A DNA stretch of 64,000 nt, from positions 85,374,001 to 85,438,000 of the forward strand of contig OX597819.1 in the NCBI GenBank assembly GCA_951406725.2. Direction: 5' to 3'. Below are positions 12,334 to 25,487 of this stretch, one piece after another. The position numbers and the translations under genes were made by a program. This DNA comes from Octopus vulgaris. Lineage: Eukaryota. Position 1 is the first letter of the stretch. Each line of letters begins with the position of its first letter. A model generated the notes under the pieces. It worked only from the letters and a program-made list of their open reading frames with translations, made no database searches and was not told the DNA's origin.

Positions 12334-13890
12334 CGCTTCCGGTTGCGTCAGTACTGTTCTTACACTGTGGAAGTCGCCACGCTGGTGTACAGCTGGCGAA
12401 ATATTGATTGAAAAAGAAGCTAGTGGGGGTTTGTTGTTTGCTATATTATTTCTTTGTACCAACAAGAAATCCTCACTGGATTTTGGACTCTGGTCTGCCT
12501 ACAGTTGGGCAAAATTGTTCACTTTTAAGTGAATTATTTTGGTGGACAGATCCTCTGCCGCCATAAACTGTGGAATATTTTGCTTCTGTGAAAAATTTTC
12601 TTCATTGTGTAATTACTATTTAATGGTAAATTATTTTTTATTCCTGCTACTGTGTCCCCGACTCAACTGGAGTACCTTTCTGGGAAACTACAAGGGCCAG
12701 GATTACCGACTGGCCGGAATTTAATTGTTGAAGAAGCTGTTGCAGTGATTTGAACTATAACAGTGCAAAGAACTGTCGTCGTGCTGAACTGTTTTTTTCA
12801 TTTCTTCTTATCTTTTCTGTCTTTATGTTTTTTCTTTTGTCTTTTTTCCAACTGTTTTTAAAGTTTTTTTTTAACTCTTTACTTTTCATAATTTTTTGTT
12901 GTAATTTTTGTTGAACTATTAAGAGAGCTTTAAAAAAATAGCATGGCAAAAAAGAATGTCACTGTTACTTTTAAGTGAATTATTTTGGTGGGCGGATCCT
13001 CTATTGCCATAAACTGTGGAATTCTTTTTACTACTGTGGAAAGACAAAATTTTCTTCGTTGTGTATTTACCATTTAATGGTAAATTAATTTTGTTCCTGC
13101 TACTGTGTCCCCGACTCAACTGGAATACCTCTTTTGGAAACTACAAAGGCCAGGAGAACCGGTAGGCCGGAATTTAATTTTTCGAAGAAGCTGTTGCCGA
13201 GATTTGAACTATCAGTGCAAAGAACTGTCGTCGTGCTGAACTGTTATTTTTTTCATTTCTTCTATCTTTTCTCTTTTTATGTTTTTTCTCTTGTCTTCTT
13301 TCTAACTGTTTTTTTCGGATTTTATTTTTAATTCTTTACTTTTAATAATTTTTGTTGAACTATTAAGAGAAATTTTTTTTTAAAATGCATGGCGAAAAAG
13401 AATGTCTTAGAGTGGGAGATTATCTCACCCAAAGAATGGATTAAACAGCAAGAGAAGACGGTGGTGTTGAGAACATCGCCGTGTTCTCCAAAGAAGTAAT
13501 AGAAGAGTTGAAGGACTATCTACTAAATGTGAAATTTATTGCACGGGGTGTCGGATATGCAACGATTTGGTTGCTATTTGACACCTCGGAGGTGGCTCGC
13601 ATTTTTGCAAGCTAGCCCTTGGAGGGCAATAAAATTTTATTTCTTCCCACGTTTTGTAAGAGAAAAGTGACGCGGGCTTGGGTTTGCGGGTTGCCACCGA
13701 ATTTAAAACCAGGCTGGATAGAGGACAATGTTCACCGGGGTTTGGATGGCAGTGGCACCAAGCTCCTTAATGCGTTAAATTATTACCAGTGGCTGATTGA
13801 GTCGGGTTAAAAGTTATTTTGACCCTTTGGACCCAATCAGTAAAGGAGTTACTTTGAACTATGGCTGGGAGCAGGTACCCAGTAATTCTT
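12334..13890 (+). mobile_element. Probable LINE 5' end: two ~445-bp tandem UTR monomers plus ORF1-like relic, interrupting a SINE A head
   Basis: 12521-12960 is repeated at 12967-13406. From 13389 the relic reads MAKKNVLEWE...LFLPTFCKRKVTRAWVCGLPP. SINE head 12298-12333 stops at the left junction. Confidence 0.55.
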
Positions 13891-13896
13891 GAGAGT

Positions 13897-14140
13897 ATGT
13901 ATGTATGTATTATATGTTGTATGTGTATCTGTATTTGTGTCCCCCGGTATCGCTTGACAAGCGATGCTGGTGTGTTAATGTCCTCGTAACTTAGCGGTTC
14001 GGCAAAAGAGACAGATAGAATAAGTACTAGGCTTACAAAGAATAAGTCGTGGAATCGATTTCTTTGACTAAAACGCTTTAAGGTGATGCTCCAGCATGGC
14101 TTCAGTCAGATGACTGAAACAAGTAAAAGAATGAAAGAAT
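13897..14140 (+). mobile_element. SINE family A body and tail
   Basis: cgtaacttagcggttcggcaaaagagac.gatagaataagtactagg...gactgaaacaagtaaaaga, shared with 17520-17665 and 48660-48786. Confidence 0.85.
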
Positions 14141-15428
14141 ATGTATATGAGTGCGTTTCTTTACGCTGTGCAGAGGGACTGAACCCAGAACGACTGAACC
14201 GGGAACGAAGCGAACTTTTTAATGAATCAATCACGGTTGTGAGTGATTTGTAAGTGCACACTTACTATAAGATTAGCTATATAATTTAGAATTAAAATAT
14301 TGTCTTTTGTATTCCAAACTATCTACGCTGAAGTTAATGTAAATATTTAGAACAGAATCATATTTATTACAGTTTTAAATATCTATAGAAGCAACTGGAC
14401 AAAAGAACGAAAGATTAAATTGTTAAACATATGCAAATGTATTTAATAACCTGGAATCCTGTAAGATTGCAGCATATTCAACATATTCAGATACATTTTT
14501 TCTCTCACGCATAGCATAATTTAATGGTAGTAGATCATTATTTTGAATAACTGATAGTGCTCCAATCTTGTCTACATAATCAACTTAGGGGGCTGATAGG
14601 ACATAACGATATCAAATATAATGTGCATGTATGCTCTTAGTTAAACTATAGTATAATTAGAATAATATACGAGAGTCACATTGTATCTCATTGGTATACA
14701 TTGACATATTTTGACTAATGGTGATACATTTTCTATAAGTTTATGTGTGGCTTTTGCCGAAAGGAAAGAATGAAGCTACATTGTAAAGAGTTTGCTTTTG
14801 TAAAATCAATTTATTAGTCACTGCAAATATATTGTATATTTAATTCTTTGTCCATCCTATTTACAAAATGTTCCATGCTGAGCAGGCATAAAATACTGAA
14901 AAAAAAATTCAAATAATTTCTGCTCGAAGGTACAATAACGTGCTCAGTGACAATGTCGGTTTATTGTCAAATGGAACAATAATTTTGCAAACGATACTGA
15001 TGCAGTAACCTTATTACGCTTTCCAGGGAGAGTTCTTTTCCATAAATTGAAAATTGGAATGCCAAATTGCACGTAAATTGTGATATGCTCCTAATAATGT
15101 TGGTTAGAATGCAGTAATAAAAAAAGCAGTTGGTTAGAATGCAGTAAAAAAAACCCCAAAACAAAACAAAAACCCCGCAATTTGCATTTCATATTACAGT
15201 TAGGCATCTGGATGCTTCGTGTGGTTATATCACACAGTTGGAACATCTATATAACAAAATCGATAGAATTATATAATTATAGAATATTGATTTATTATTA
15301 GCTATACCTGACCAACCTATAAATTGCTTTATAGAGGGAGAATAAATAATCGCGTAAATGATGGAATTAGCATTAGATGTCATATATATATATGTATATA
15401 TGTATGTGTGTGTGTGCATTTATTTGTG

Positions 15429-15510
<82 letters not shown>

Positions 15511-16856
15511 ATTTGTGTGTGTTCGCGCGCACGTTTGTGAATGTGTGTGTCAATGTGTCTGTATATAAATATGTATTAAAATGTCTGACTAAGTTTATAT
15601 CAGATCAGATATTAAGAAGACAAAATATGTAGCAAAATGCATTTTTGTCAATAATATCTGCTAATTTTGTTTTAAACTTGCTTCTTTAAGAATGTCGTAA
15701 ACATTAAGAATGAAAGGAACTGTTTATGAAATTGCTGACCAATATTTTCTTATAAAGGTACATAACTGCAAACTGGTTAATCGATTGACACCACCTCAGT
15801 GTAGTCGACTTACTTTATTGACAGAAGATAAAACACAGGTAAAGTCGATTTTGTTGGAATTTGAAGAAGTATGAAAATATTTACGGTAATACGTGAGATG
15901 TAATGTTCTGCTGTTTTTCTATTCCATGAAATCAATTTCAATGGAAGTAATTATAATTTAAACATACAGTAGACAAAATTTTATGACTAATTATCTCAAG
16001 ATAAATAACGAATATTTAGCTTCAACTTTCCATATAACTCTCTGTCGTTTAAGATCTCTATATCATAATTCAATATATTTATTCTCTTTGGCAAGTGTTG
16101 TCCAGGATGGCGAATACATTCAGTTTGACGTGGGGTTTCTCATTGTATTTCAGTATAGCAACGGGATACATTTGATCAAACTGAGACTTCCGACAATTAT
16201 TTTCACAGAATCCGATGCATATCATTTATTCAACGATAAGTTCTTCAGAGATATCAACAAAGTATGATTAAAAGAAAATAAGCTTCAATAACTGATAATG
16301 TTTCACAAAATTATTATATGTATTCTCAAAAAAGGATAAATATGAACATCTGTATTTTTTTTAAAGCCGTATTTTCTTCAAAGTTGTATTTTCTTCATTG
16401 TTTGTTTGTCTCATCTATTCATTAATTACTTGTGACATATTAGGAAAATATCAATATAAACGTTTGCTTTGAAAGAAACATTCAACAAGATATTTTGTCA
16501 CTTTGTCAAATAGAATTTACATTTTCCAATGTAAATTTACATTTACCATTCAAATCACATCAAATAATACAGTTGGATCTGGATGGTCAATTTGTACCGC
16601 TAATGTTAGTTCTGCAACGTCAAAAAGAAAAAAAAATGGAGAAAATTCTCTAAGGATGGGTGACTATTTTGGCGTAGGTAATACATTGGGATGAGCTGGT
16701 GTCTGTTAGTGACAATTTAAAGAAATTTAAAGAAGAATAGGAAGGAATTATCACAGGAAATTTTATTTCATGATTCACATTAGTTTCTCTCAATTACACA
16801 TTTATACAATCATTTCTTTTCTTTTTCTGTTAACATTATATCATACACACACAAAA

Positions 16857-17001
16857 GCGGTGGCTTAGCAGAATCGTTAAGTACGCCGGGCAAAAAGCTG
16901 ATCGGCATTTCGTCCGTATTCACGTCCTGAGTTCAAATTCCACCGAGGTCGATTTTGTCTTTCACCCTTTTGCTGTCGATAAAATGAATACCAGTTGAAC
17001 A
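16857..17001 (+). mobile_element. tRNA-derived SINE family B, 5' part
   Basis: agcagaatcgtta (A-box-like), gagttcaaattcc (B box), central gaggtcga.tttg.ctttca.ccttt...gtcgataaaat block. Confidence 0.8.
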
Positions 17002-17036
17002 CCATCCATCATATAATATACCAGTGGAACACCTAC

Positions 17037-17069
<33 letters not shown>

Positions 17070-17163
17070 ATATATATATATATATTTCACGTTGCTCCTG
17101 TCCATTACAAAATGTATTCATGATGAAATTATTTCTTCATTTTCTACCTTGTCTCAGTTTCCT

Positions 17164-17217
<54 letters not shown>

Positions 17218-17218
<1 letters not shown>

Positions 17219-17663
17219 GCAGGTATGGCTGTGCGGTCGGATGTGGCTTACTTCCCAGTCACATGGTTCTGGGTTAACCTCCACAACGTGGTGGAGCCTT
17301 AGGTAAGTGTTTCTACTATAGCCTTGGGCCCACCAGTCTTCCGTATAGATTTGGTGCATGAAAACTGAAAGAAGCCAGTCGTATACACACACACGCTTAC
17401 ACGCACACACACAAACACACACGTACACACACACACACAGGTATGTATGTTTGTATGTATGTTTGTATGTATGCATGTGTGTGTCTTTGTTCCGGCCAGC
17501 ACTTCACAATTACTGTTGGTGTGTTTACGTTCCCATAACTTAGCGGCTCTGCAAAAGACCCGATAGAATAAGTACCAGGTTTCAAAAAATAATTGGGCTT
17601 GATTCCTTTGATTAAAAATTCTTCAAAATGGTGGCCCACTATGGCCGCAGGCTTAAAACTGAA

Positions 17664-17665
<2 letters not shown>
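17218..17665 (+). mobile_element. tRNA-derived SINE family A, near full length, internal (CA)/(TATG) microsatellite
   Basis: Collinear with 48445-48786. Confidence 0.85.
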
Positions 17666-17707
<42 letters not shown>

Positions 17708-17800
17708 AAAGGGATAACATTTTTTAATAAAGGAATTATATATAAGTATGTAAAGTTTAAAATAAATAACGGGATTATACATAAAGGGATTAAATTAATA

Positions 17801-17881
<81 letters not shown>

Positions 17882-18190
17882 GGATTGAATTTTTAAATAA
17901 ATAAAGGGATTATATATAAAAGGATTACAATTAACATATCTATATATTTTAAAGATAACCTGTTTCACAGATTTCTCTCGTTTTAAAAAGTTGACCTATA
18001 CTGTAACTGTCTTGCTTCTTATTGGAATTTAAAAAATTCTTGTTTTTATAGACGGAACATGGCTCATATTAGTATCTGTTTGCGATACATTTTAATTGGC
18101 CGAGGATGATCACGTGATAAGCTTGAATTTTTACAGCTAACGACCTAAACTTTGGACATAATCATGATATGTTAATCATGATATAATCAT

Positions 18191-18957
18191 AATATGTTAA
18201 AAATGGAGAAGAGATGTTAAAATTTGAAAGAATTTTAATACATTCATACGATCGTTTCGAGCAGTGATATTAACATGTAAATAATATGGTAGAATAGTAA
18301 AAATTTATTTGATTAATTTAAATTAATTACGTATCACTGTTCTCTTCAGTGCAAGAAGTATACAACAATAGTTATTATTATTACAGAAGACTTGATGAAG
18401 GAGATAGCAGATAACAAATTTGGATATACATGTTTTACCCTTGTGAAAAAATACTTAATATTACTTATAACTGTCAAGTCATATCCTAATTTAAGCATGA
18501 TTATGCCTTTCCATTGGACACCTCTATTAAACTTCCTATGATAAATAACTTATCTGGATTCTAAATTAATTATCCACATTCTTATATAGAGCGGACGTCT
18601 CTTGAACATTTTTTCACTCATATTTTCAAATAACCGTTAGCTGCATCAGTTTTACATTATACACGACTAGTCTCAACAACATTATTTAGTATGCTCTCAA
18701 TTTTTTCACAAGGGTAAAACATGTATATCCAAATTTGTTATCTGCTATCTCCTTCATCAAGTCTTCTGTAATAATTATAACTATTGGTGTATACTTCTTG
18801 CACTGAAGAGAACAGTGATATGTAATTAATTTGAATTAAAATAATTTTTACTATTCTACCATGTTATTTACATGTTGATATTACTGCTCGAAACAATCGT
18901 AAGAATGAATTAAAATTCTTTCAAATTTTAACATCTCTTGTCCATTTTAAACATATT
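18191..18957. repeat. Foldback element: ~260-bp inverted arms, ~250-bp spacer
   Basis: 18191-18452 is the diverged reverse complement of 18700-18957 (e.g. gaagacttgatgaaggagatagcagataacaaatttggatatacatg). Confidence 0.9.
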
Positions 18958-19025
18958 TGTTGAATTACTATGGAATACTTTTCCATAAATTTTCATAACA
19001 CACCATAAACATGTAATATTTTCAT

Positions 19026-19065
<40 letters not shown>

Positions 19066-19084
19066 GTACATATCTGACATGTCA

Positions 19085-19985
19085 ACACATCTTCGTCTGG
19101 CAGAACTTGTTCTCTCCCTCAACCGAACTTGCTCTCTCCCTCAGCTTACCAAAATAACAGAAAAGGTACGGCGAAATCCTCGCCATTCCGTCGGTAAACT
19201 GGATGCTGCAACATAAATAAGCCGCACATCGATGTATCGAGTGCTGAAAGAGGATCTCAGGACCCACCCCTACAAGATGATCTACCGTCATGAATTCACA
19301 CAATTTTATAAGGTCATGAAACTGGGGAGAAGTTGTCTTATCCTGCATCAGATTGCTGAAGGCACGCTGCCCGACCTGTTTCCACTGATGAAAAGAAATT
19401 TTGGCATTGAACAGACAGTAAACCACCAGAAATACCGACTTTGGAGTGTATCAGACTCCGACAAGTGTAGACTCGTGAATCAACGTCACAATCTACAGTC
19501 ATTTATGGTTTCGGTGGTTGTGACAGCCACTGAAAGGTCTCTTCTGGTTTTTGTGCCCTCAAGTGTTAAAGTTAACACCAAGTAATACATTAGCGATACT
19601 CTGAAAGCTGAACGGCACCATCCCACAGCTCAAACAGACACAATATTACATTCAGAAAAAAACATTCCCTTGTTCATAGGCATGGTTGTATGAACCGCAA
19701 GAAACCCTGAGCTCAAGCATTCCTCATGCTTTGCTCGAAGCTCTGAAGACAAAATTGCACCAGGAATGAGCTTAAATTCCGCAATAACAGCTGGGCGCCC
19801 ATGTGAAGCATTTGCTCCTAGACTTCAGGTTGTGATTCGTAAACGAGGTGGTCATATAGAATAAATGTGGTCGTGTCATAATTGTTTATCCTTTATCATT
19901 GCATTGCAACCCTCCACCCCAAAATATTATAATATTTTGCTTTTGCAAAATTGAAAAAAAGTTGGTCGCTTTAATTTTGGGGCAC

Positions 19986-19988
<3 letters not shown>
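19085..19988 (+). mobile_element. mariner/maT-like transposase relic
   Basis: RVLKEDLRTHPYK..DEK.F.IEQTVNHQ..MVSVVVTATERSLLVFVPSSVKVNT; C-terminal LQVVIRKRGGHIE; TIR-like ttttggggcacc near 19980. Confidence 0.85.
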
Positions 19989-20063
<75 letters not shown>

Positions 20064-20256
20064 TACACACATATATATACGTATGTGTGTGAGATTTGTT
20101 TTATGTATGTATTTGCATATATATATATGTATGTATGTACATACGCATTCATACAAGCACATTTATAATACAAAATCCAGGCACATACGCACGCACACAC
20201 ACCGACCAACCGACAGTCCCTCCACAAACACACACACATAATTTATTATCTATTTG

Positions 20257-20341
<85 letters not shown>

Positions 20342-20363
20342 CTCTCTCTCTCTCTTTCTCTGT

Positions 20364-20395
<32 letters not shown>

Positions 20396-21146
20396 TGAAT
20401 TAATTTATTTGCCTAGCGCAACTTATTTGTCTAATATATCCGGCATTTGAAAAATATACTCATCTACAACCGATGTATATTGTTTTTGAGTTGTGCTACA
20501 TATGGTTGGTTTCACACCAGTGATTACTTGCATATAACTTACCGACACAACATCTTGAAATATTAAAAGCTATCCTTAAGAACCTATAATAATACATTAT
20601 TGATTTAATTTTATGTACTGGAATACGCAGCCTCAGTTAATGTAATGTCTCAAATGATTAAGATTCAGTAGAATTCTCTCATATCCGAAAAATTGTCAAT
20701 ACTCTGTAGTTTAGCACATCGAAAACTAGGTTTTTCATCAATGTTTTTTCTGTCTCATGCACATTTATTTAATCATGCGTGAGTTACCGTAATTACACTT
20801 TTTCCTGTTTTGATAACTCAGATGCCAATATTATCCTACTTTCGTTTTTATATTTTGATAATCATCGGGGCAAATAACAATTTTTTCTTTTCTACTTAAT
20901 TGCAGATAACATAAGTGTATGAACGGTATTCTATTCACAGTCATAGTAAATCTTATTGAACAAGTATAAGCAGTAAGATATGATTTATTTATATTTTATT
21001 GATGCTGTTTTTTTTTCGTGATTTTCTACACAGACGCGGAAATGAAGAGAAAGGGAAAATGCGAAATAAAGTAAAGTGAAATATGTGCGTACGGACATTA
21101 AAGAGAAACAGAACAGATATATATATATATATATATATAGATAGGT

Positions 21147-21189
<43 letters not shown>

Positions 21190-22424
21190 AGAGAAAAGAG
21201 AGAAGGAACACAGAGCGGGGAGAGTAAAAGTGAGAGGAGAGAGAAATAAAAGATAGTCTAACAGAAGTGTTTATAAGTGAAATTAAAATGGAAAGATATT
21301 TATATTTAATTTAGAAATAAATACATAAAAGCAATGTTTCAGACGAATTGAGATATAAAATTGACGTAACTCGTGATGGCATATCTCGGTAAATAGTAAA
21401 TGCACGAAGTTCACAAAGTGAAATAAAATATTTTGTTGTGCAGATGAGAATAAAAATAATGTTTCGGGTAGAAATTTTCCCGAGAGATGTTACCTGATGT
21501 TACCGAGAGATGTTAACTGATGTTACCGAACAAATTGATTGGAAATGGTGTGCGTGTTTGTTGACAAAACAATTCCCTTTTGTGTTATTGAAACGGAAAT
21601 GATGCCGTGAAGTCTAGTAAAAGAAACATTTCATGGAACATTCGAGCGCTGGTGTTAAATGTGGCAGAGTGAAGAATGTTAATGTTGACGTGTTGAAGAA
21701 TGTTTTTATTTCGTTAGAATAATTACTTTCCGATACTTTTCGAATTACATCGATATATTAACTAGTTCAAAATAGCAATCTGTGCTTCATTGTTAAAGTA
21801 AATACCTGACTGAAGGCCTAATTAATTGCGGTATTCGTCCTGAGATATTTCTTATAGACGTATAGAATTAATAAACACAGAAATATATTGATAGCAGATG
21901 AAAATCATCCAGTAGCGGTTGTGGTATTACTAAGTGTGCATTTCTGCCTCAATTGACTTCATCAGTAGCCAGTATCCACTGGTAACTGCATTGCTGTAAG
22001 TGATATAGGGAAATAAGTGAAAAATCAGCCATGTCACAGGGAGCCGGTAGGCTGAATATAAATTCGTTATGTGCGACAGAAGCGTTGTACTTTAAAATGA
22101 TAATTATGTATCTGCTTTGAGTACGATACATAAATTGCTGTTTGAAATAATACTGCTTCGGTCGCACATAACGAACATCAACTTGTGTATTTATTATATT
22201 ATTAAAGTATATAATCGGTGAAAATATGTAATTATACTCATTCAAGAAAACGACATTTTAAAGGGAAATAAGTAGCAGGTACTTTGTTTTCCATTACCAT
22301 TTTTACATAAAATGTGTAAAATGTGGATTCGATTGTAATATAATATTAAAAGAGTATTTGAAACTTATTATTCCCCAATATCTACGAAATATATATTTGA
22401 ATTTGTTTTGCATGCTGAGTGTGG

Positions 22425-24260
22425 AATAAGGGGCAGAGGCTATGACACCAATTGTGTAGGTGCAGGACTGAGAAAAGCGGTTCACCTCTGAGTTTGGAGG
22501 TGCATAAATGGTGTAGGTTTGAGAATTACGGTGGTGATCGGAAATACACAGAAGGGAAATTGTGAAACAGTGAGTCAGATATGCAAATTTGTCTGTCAGT
22601 GACGGAATACCAGCCGGCTGAGCGGCTATTCACCGGAAGTCTGTGTGAGTGGCAGCAATGTCCCAGACGTGGGAGGAGTAAACGTTTGTGGGTCTCACGT
22701 GAGACTTGTAGTGTGACGACAGCTATTATGAGATGAAATATTTTATAAAATTAAAGGGAAGAGCTAGAATTTGGGATGCGTTCCTAGCTACACTAAGGAT
22801 ATGCTTTCATCAGGAAAGATACTCGGTGATAGAAGGACTCTGCATTCCGAGTGGATGTGAGAGCTGTTATTAAATATTCTTCATGTTGAAAGGGTGTGTG
22901 TTGCGATGGTGCTTTCTTGATGTGAGTAGTGCTTGAGATGTTTTGTTGTTAAAGGAGATGAGGTGGGCATGACCCCGTTTTTAGACACTCTCAAGATCCC
23001 TGTTTATGGAATCATTGCAGATGTTGTGGGCTGGAGTTCGGGTTATATATATGAGGTGCATGTTTAGAGCTAGGTTAGAGAGAAATCAATGGTCAATTCA
23101 TAAGAGGAAATGTTGAAGGTAGTAACATGTCGGTTACTGATATTGGTGCATTAACGAAAAAAGAGCAAGGAGGAAGAATCATTTAGTAAACGTAATATGT
23201 TTCGTGCAACAAATTTATGTGATTTATGCATGAATTTGTATAAAAAAAAATTAGAAATAATTTTTCTTTGCAAAAAGCAAGTTGAACTATATTTTAGTTT
23301 CATTAGTTTCCTTGATTTCCATCGTTCATTACATATACAATGAATCAAATTTCATGAACACGGATCACTATGTTGACTTTTGCTGGCTTAAATTTGGAGA
23401 CAAACTTTGAGAAATTATGATGTATGAAGCCATATTCACTGAAGACGTATTTTCCATGTAGAAATAGAAAATTCACTAAACATATTTCTCGACGAATAGC
23501 AAGAATATTGGAAAAGAGTTACCTGTTTCATGACGATTCGCGCCAGATATCAAAATGTCGACATCATGACTATTGCTCATTGCTTTCTGAACACTGTAAA
23601 TGCTGTAAGACGTGACATGGGCAGCTGCAGCGAAGACTATGAATCTGTGGCAAACAAGAAGGGACACAGTAGGCGTTCTGACTGCATCTGTACGTCAGAA
23701 TTCATTTAGCTGCAGAGCAAGGTAATGGAAGATAAGAGCAAGGGAATCCGAGCTTTGGTGAGAGAAAGAGATGGATGTTGGAGTTGCCACTATGAATCTG
23801 GCCCTGAACGAATACCATCGCAACCACTTATTCAAGAAGTGCAAGTGTCATTCTGAAAACCAACGCCAAGAAGAACAACTTGACGAAAGGCAAAGAAGCA
23901 CCTGAGCAAGCTGAAGCATCTTATTGCGCAGGAGATAATCTGGCTCTTCTCAGAAAAAAGATCTTCTGCCAGGACCAGTTGCACAACTTCCAGAACATCA
24001 GGCGACTTACCTAGAATCCATGAGATGTCCCTTGTATTATGAAAACCAAGTTCCCTCAAATTGTGCTGGTTTTGAGTGTTCCTCCGGTGAGGGTGGGAAA
24101 CTGCTGGAGACTGTGGTCAAGCTCTGGATGGAACCGATCGCTGCTGGGAAGCCAAATGTATGTGGCATCAGGATTCGGCTCCCTGTCATACCTCTGGAAA
24201 GATTCAGAAGTGGCTGCCGAAGAATTGCTTCGACTTCACTAGCCCCAATTTTGGCCTCCT
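22425..24260 (-). pseudogene. Degraded LINE fragments (CR1/Jockey group), probably interrupted
   Basis: Minus strand YKSHVRPTNVYSSHVW near 22670-22710 resembles YKAQVRP.MEY.SHVW. GC-richer coding-like relic at 23600-24260. Confidence 0.45.
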
Positions 24261-24261
24261 A

Positions 24262-24580
24262 AGTCCCATGGATTATTATGTGTGGGGCACAATTGAGAAA
24301 GACACCAACTACTCTGCCTGCAAAACCTAGGCCGATTCCGTGGCTAAGATCAAGGTGGTGTTTGAAGATCTCAAGGAACTTCTAAGAAACGCATGTGCCT
24401 GATTTTTGAACCGTCTTGAGGCCGTGTTAGAAGTCGGGGCGGCTGCTTTGAATTCACCGTTATCTCTTAACCGTAATCTGGATGATATTTCGTAATTTAA
24501 AGAAATGATTTTATTTTGGACGTGATATTGTGTTTTCTTTTCCGTTTATGCAAACTGACAAATTTAGCCCGAACACCCTG
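24262..24580 (+). mobile_element. mariner 3' end fragment
   Basis: PMDYYVWGTIEKDTN...RLEAVLE; ends cccgaacaccctg. Related to 29081-29869. Confidence 0.75.
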
Positions 24581-25487
24581 TCCTGCCAACAGCAGTGACT
24601 GACATGTGTGCTACACATTTTACTTTAAGTGGCATGAATTGTGGCCAAAGAACGGTACCGGTAATGGAATAAATATCGTTGAATCGATTACATACAGGAA
24701 TATCTCATTTGTATTTTAACGCACGTTCAAAGTTATCAGAAAAATATTGTAATTATTATTTCACTGTAAAATGTATAAATGTATGGTTTTAATAAATTTA
24801 AAAAAAGCACTATGACCATAGGCAGCTATAACAATTCAGAGACTTACTCTCATATCTCTTAATAGTTATCAGTTTGGATAACTTCTTGGATTAAGACCGA
24901 ATCAGAAGGATATTAAAGAAATAATTAATTAAAAGTAGGTAAAACAAAACATTACTTTCTGTAACCAATATAAAAATTTTAGAATTTTAGAACCGATAAT
25001 ACAAATTTACCACAAATCTGAATGTGTAGATAATAGTAAAGATTATCTCAATGGAAATTTGCCAGGCCTAAGAATGACATGATTACCAAGCTTATAAGTG
25101 ATATTATGTGAAATTTCCGCTAATGGCATGGAATAGCTATAAGCATGTATAAAAGTGTACTACTTTCCCAATTCACCTACGACTCAATAATGGAAATCTT
25201 TATTGCTATAAAACCATTTATTCCTAGAAGCACAATTATTAGTACTATAATTTTCAGAGAATAACCAGTTGAAAGGAATGATATTTAGAAATTAATTGCT
25301 GCTGGGGATACTGTATTTCGTTTTGTATCCATAATATCTTACCAAGTATATTAAAGGTTTCTAAGTCAATACTATCCTACTTTTGCTTTAGCAGTGCGAT
25401 ACAATCACTTTTAAGTATATCTGTATAGATTTTCTATGGAATTTATTAGTACTGAAAGTTACAATGTTTCGTGTACGAATACGAGTA

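Noticed and set aside
15983-16267. 94-aa plus-strand ORF
   Set aside because: No recognisable domain or splice support; length expected by chance.
21481-21530. Short tandem repeats (also 41811-41854, 17700-17935) as a CRISPR-like array
   Set aside because: Two-unit slippage duplications without spacers, in a eukaryotic context.
21806-21850. Possible 45-nt minus-strand micro-exon (NISGRIPQLIRPSV)
   Set aside because: AG/GT present but weak splice context and no homology; chance-level without RNA data.
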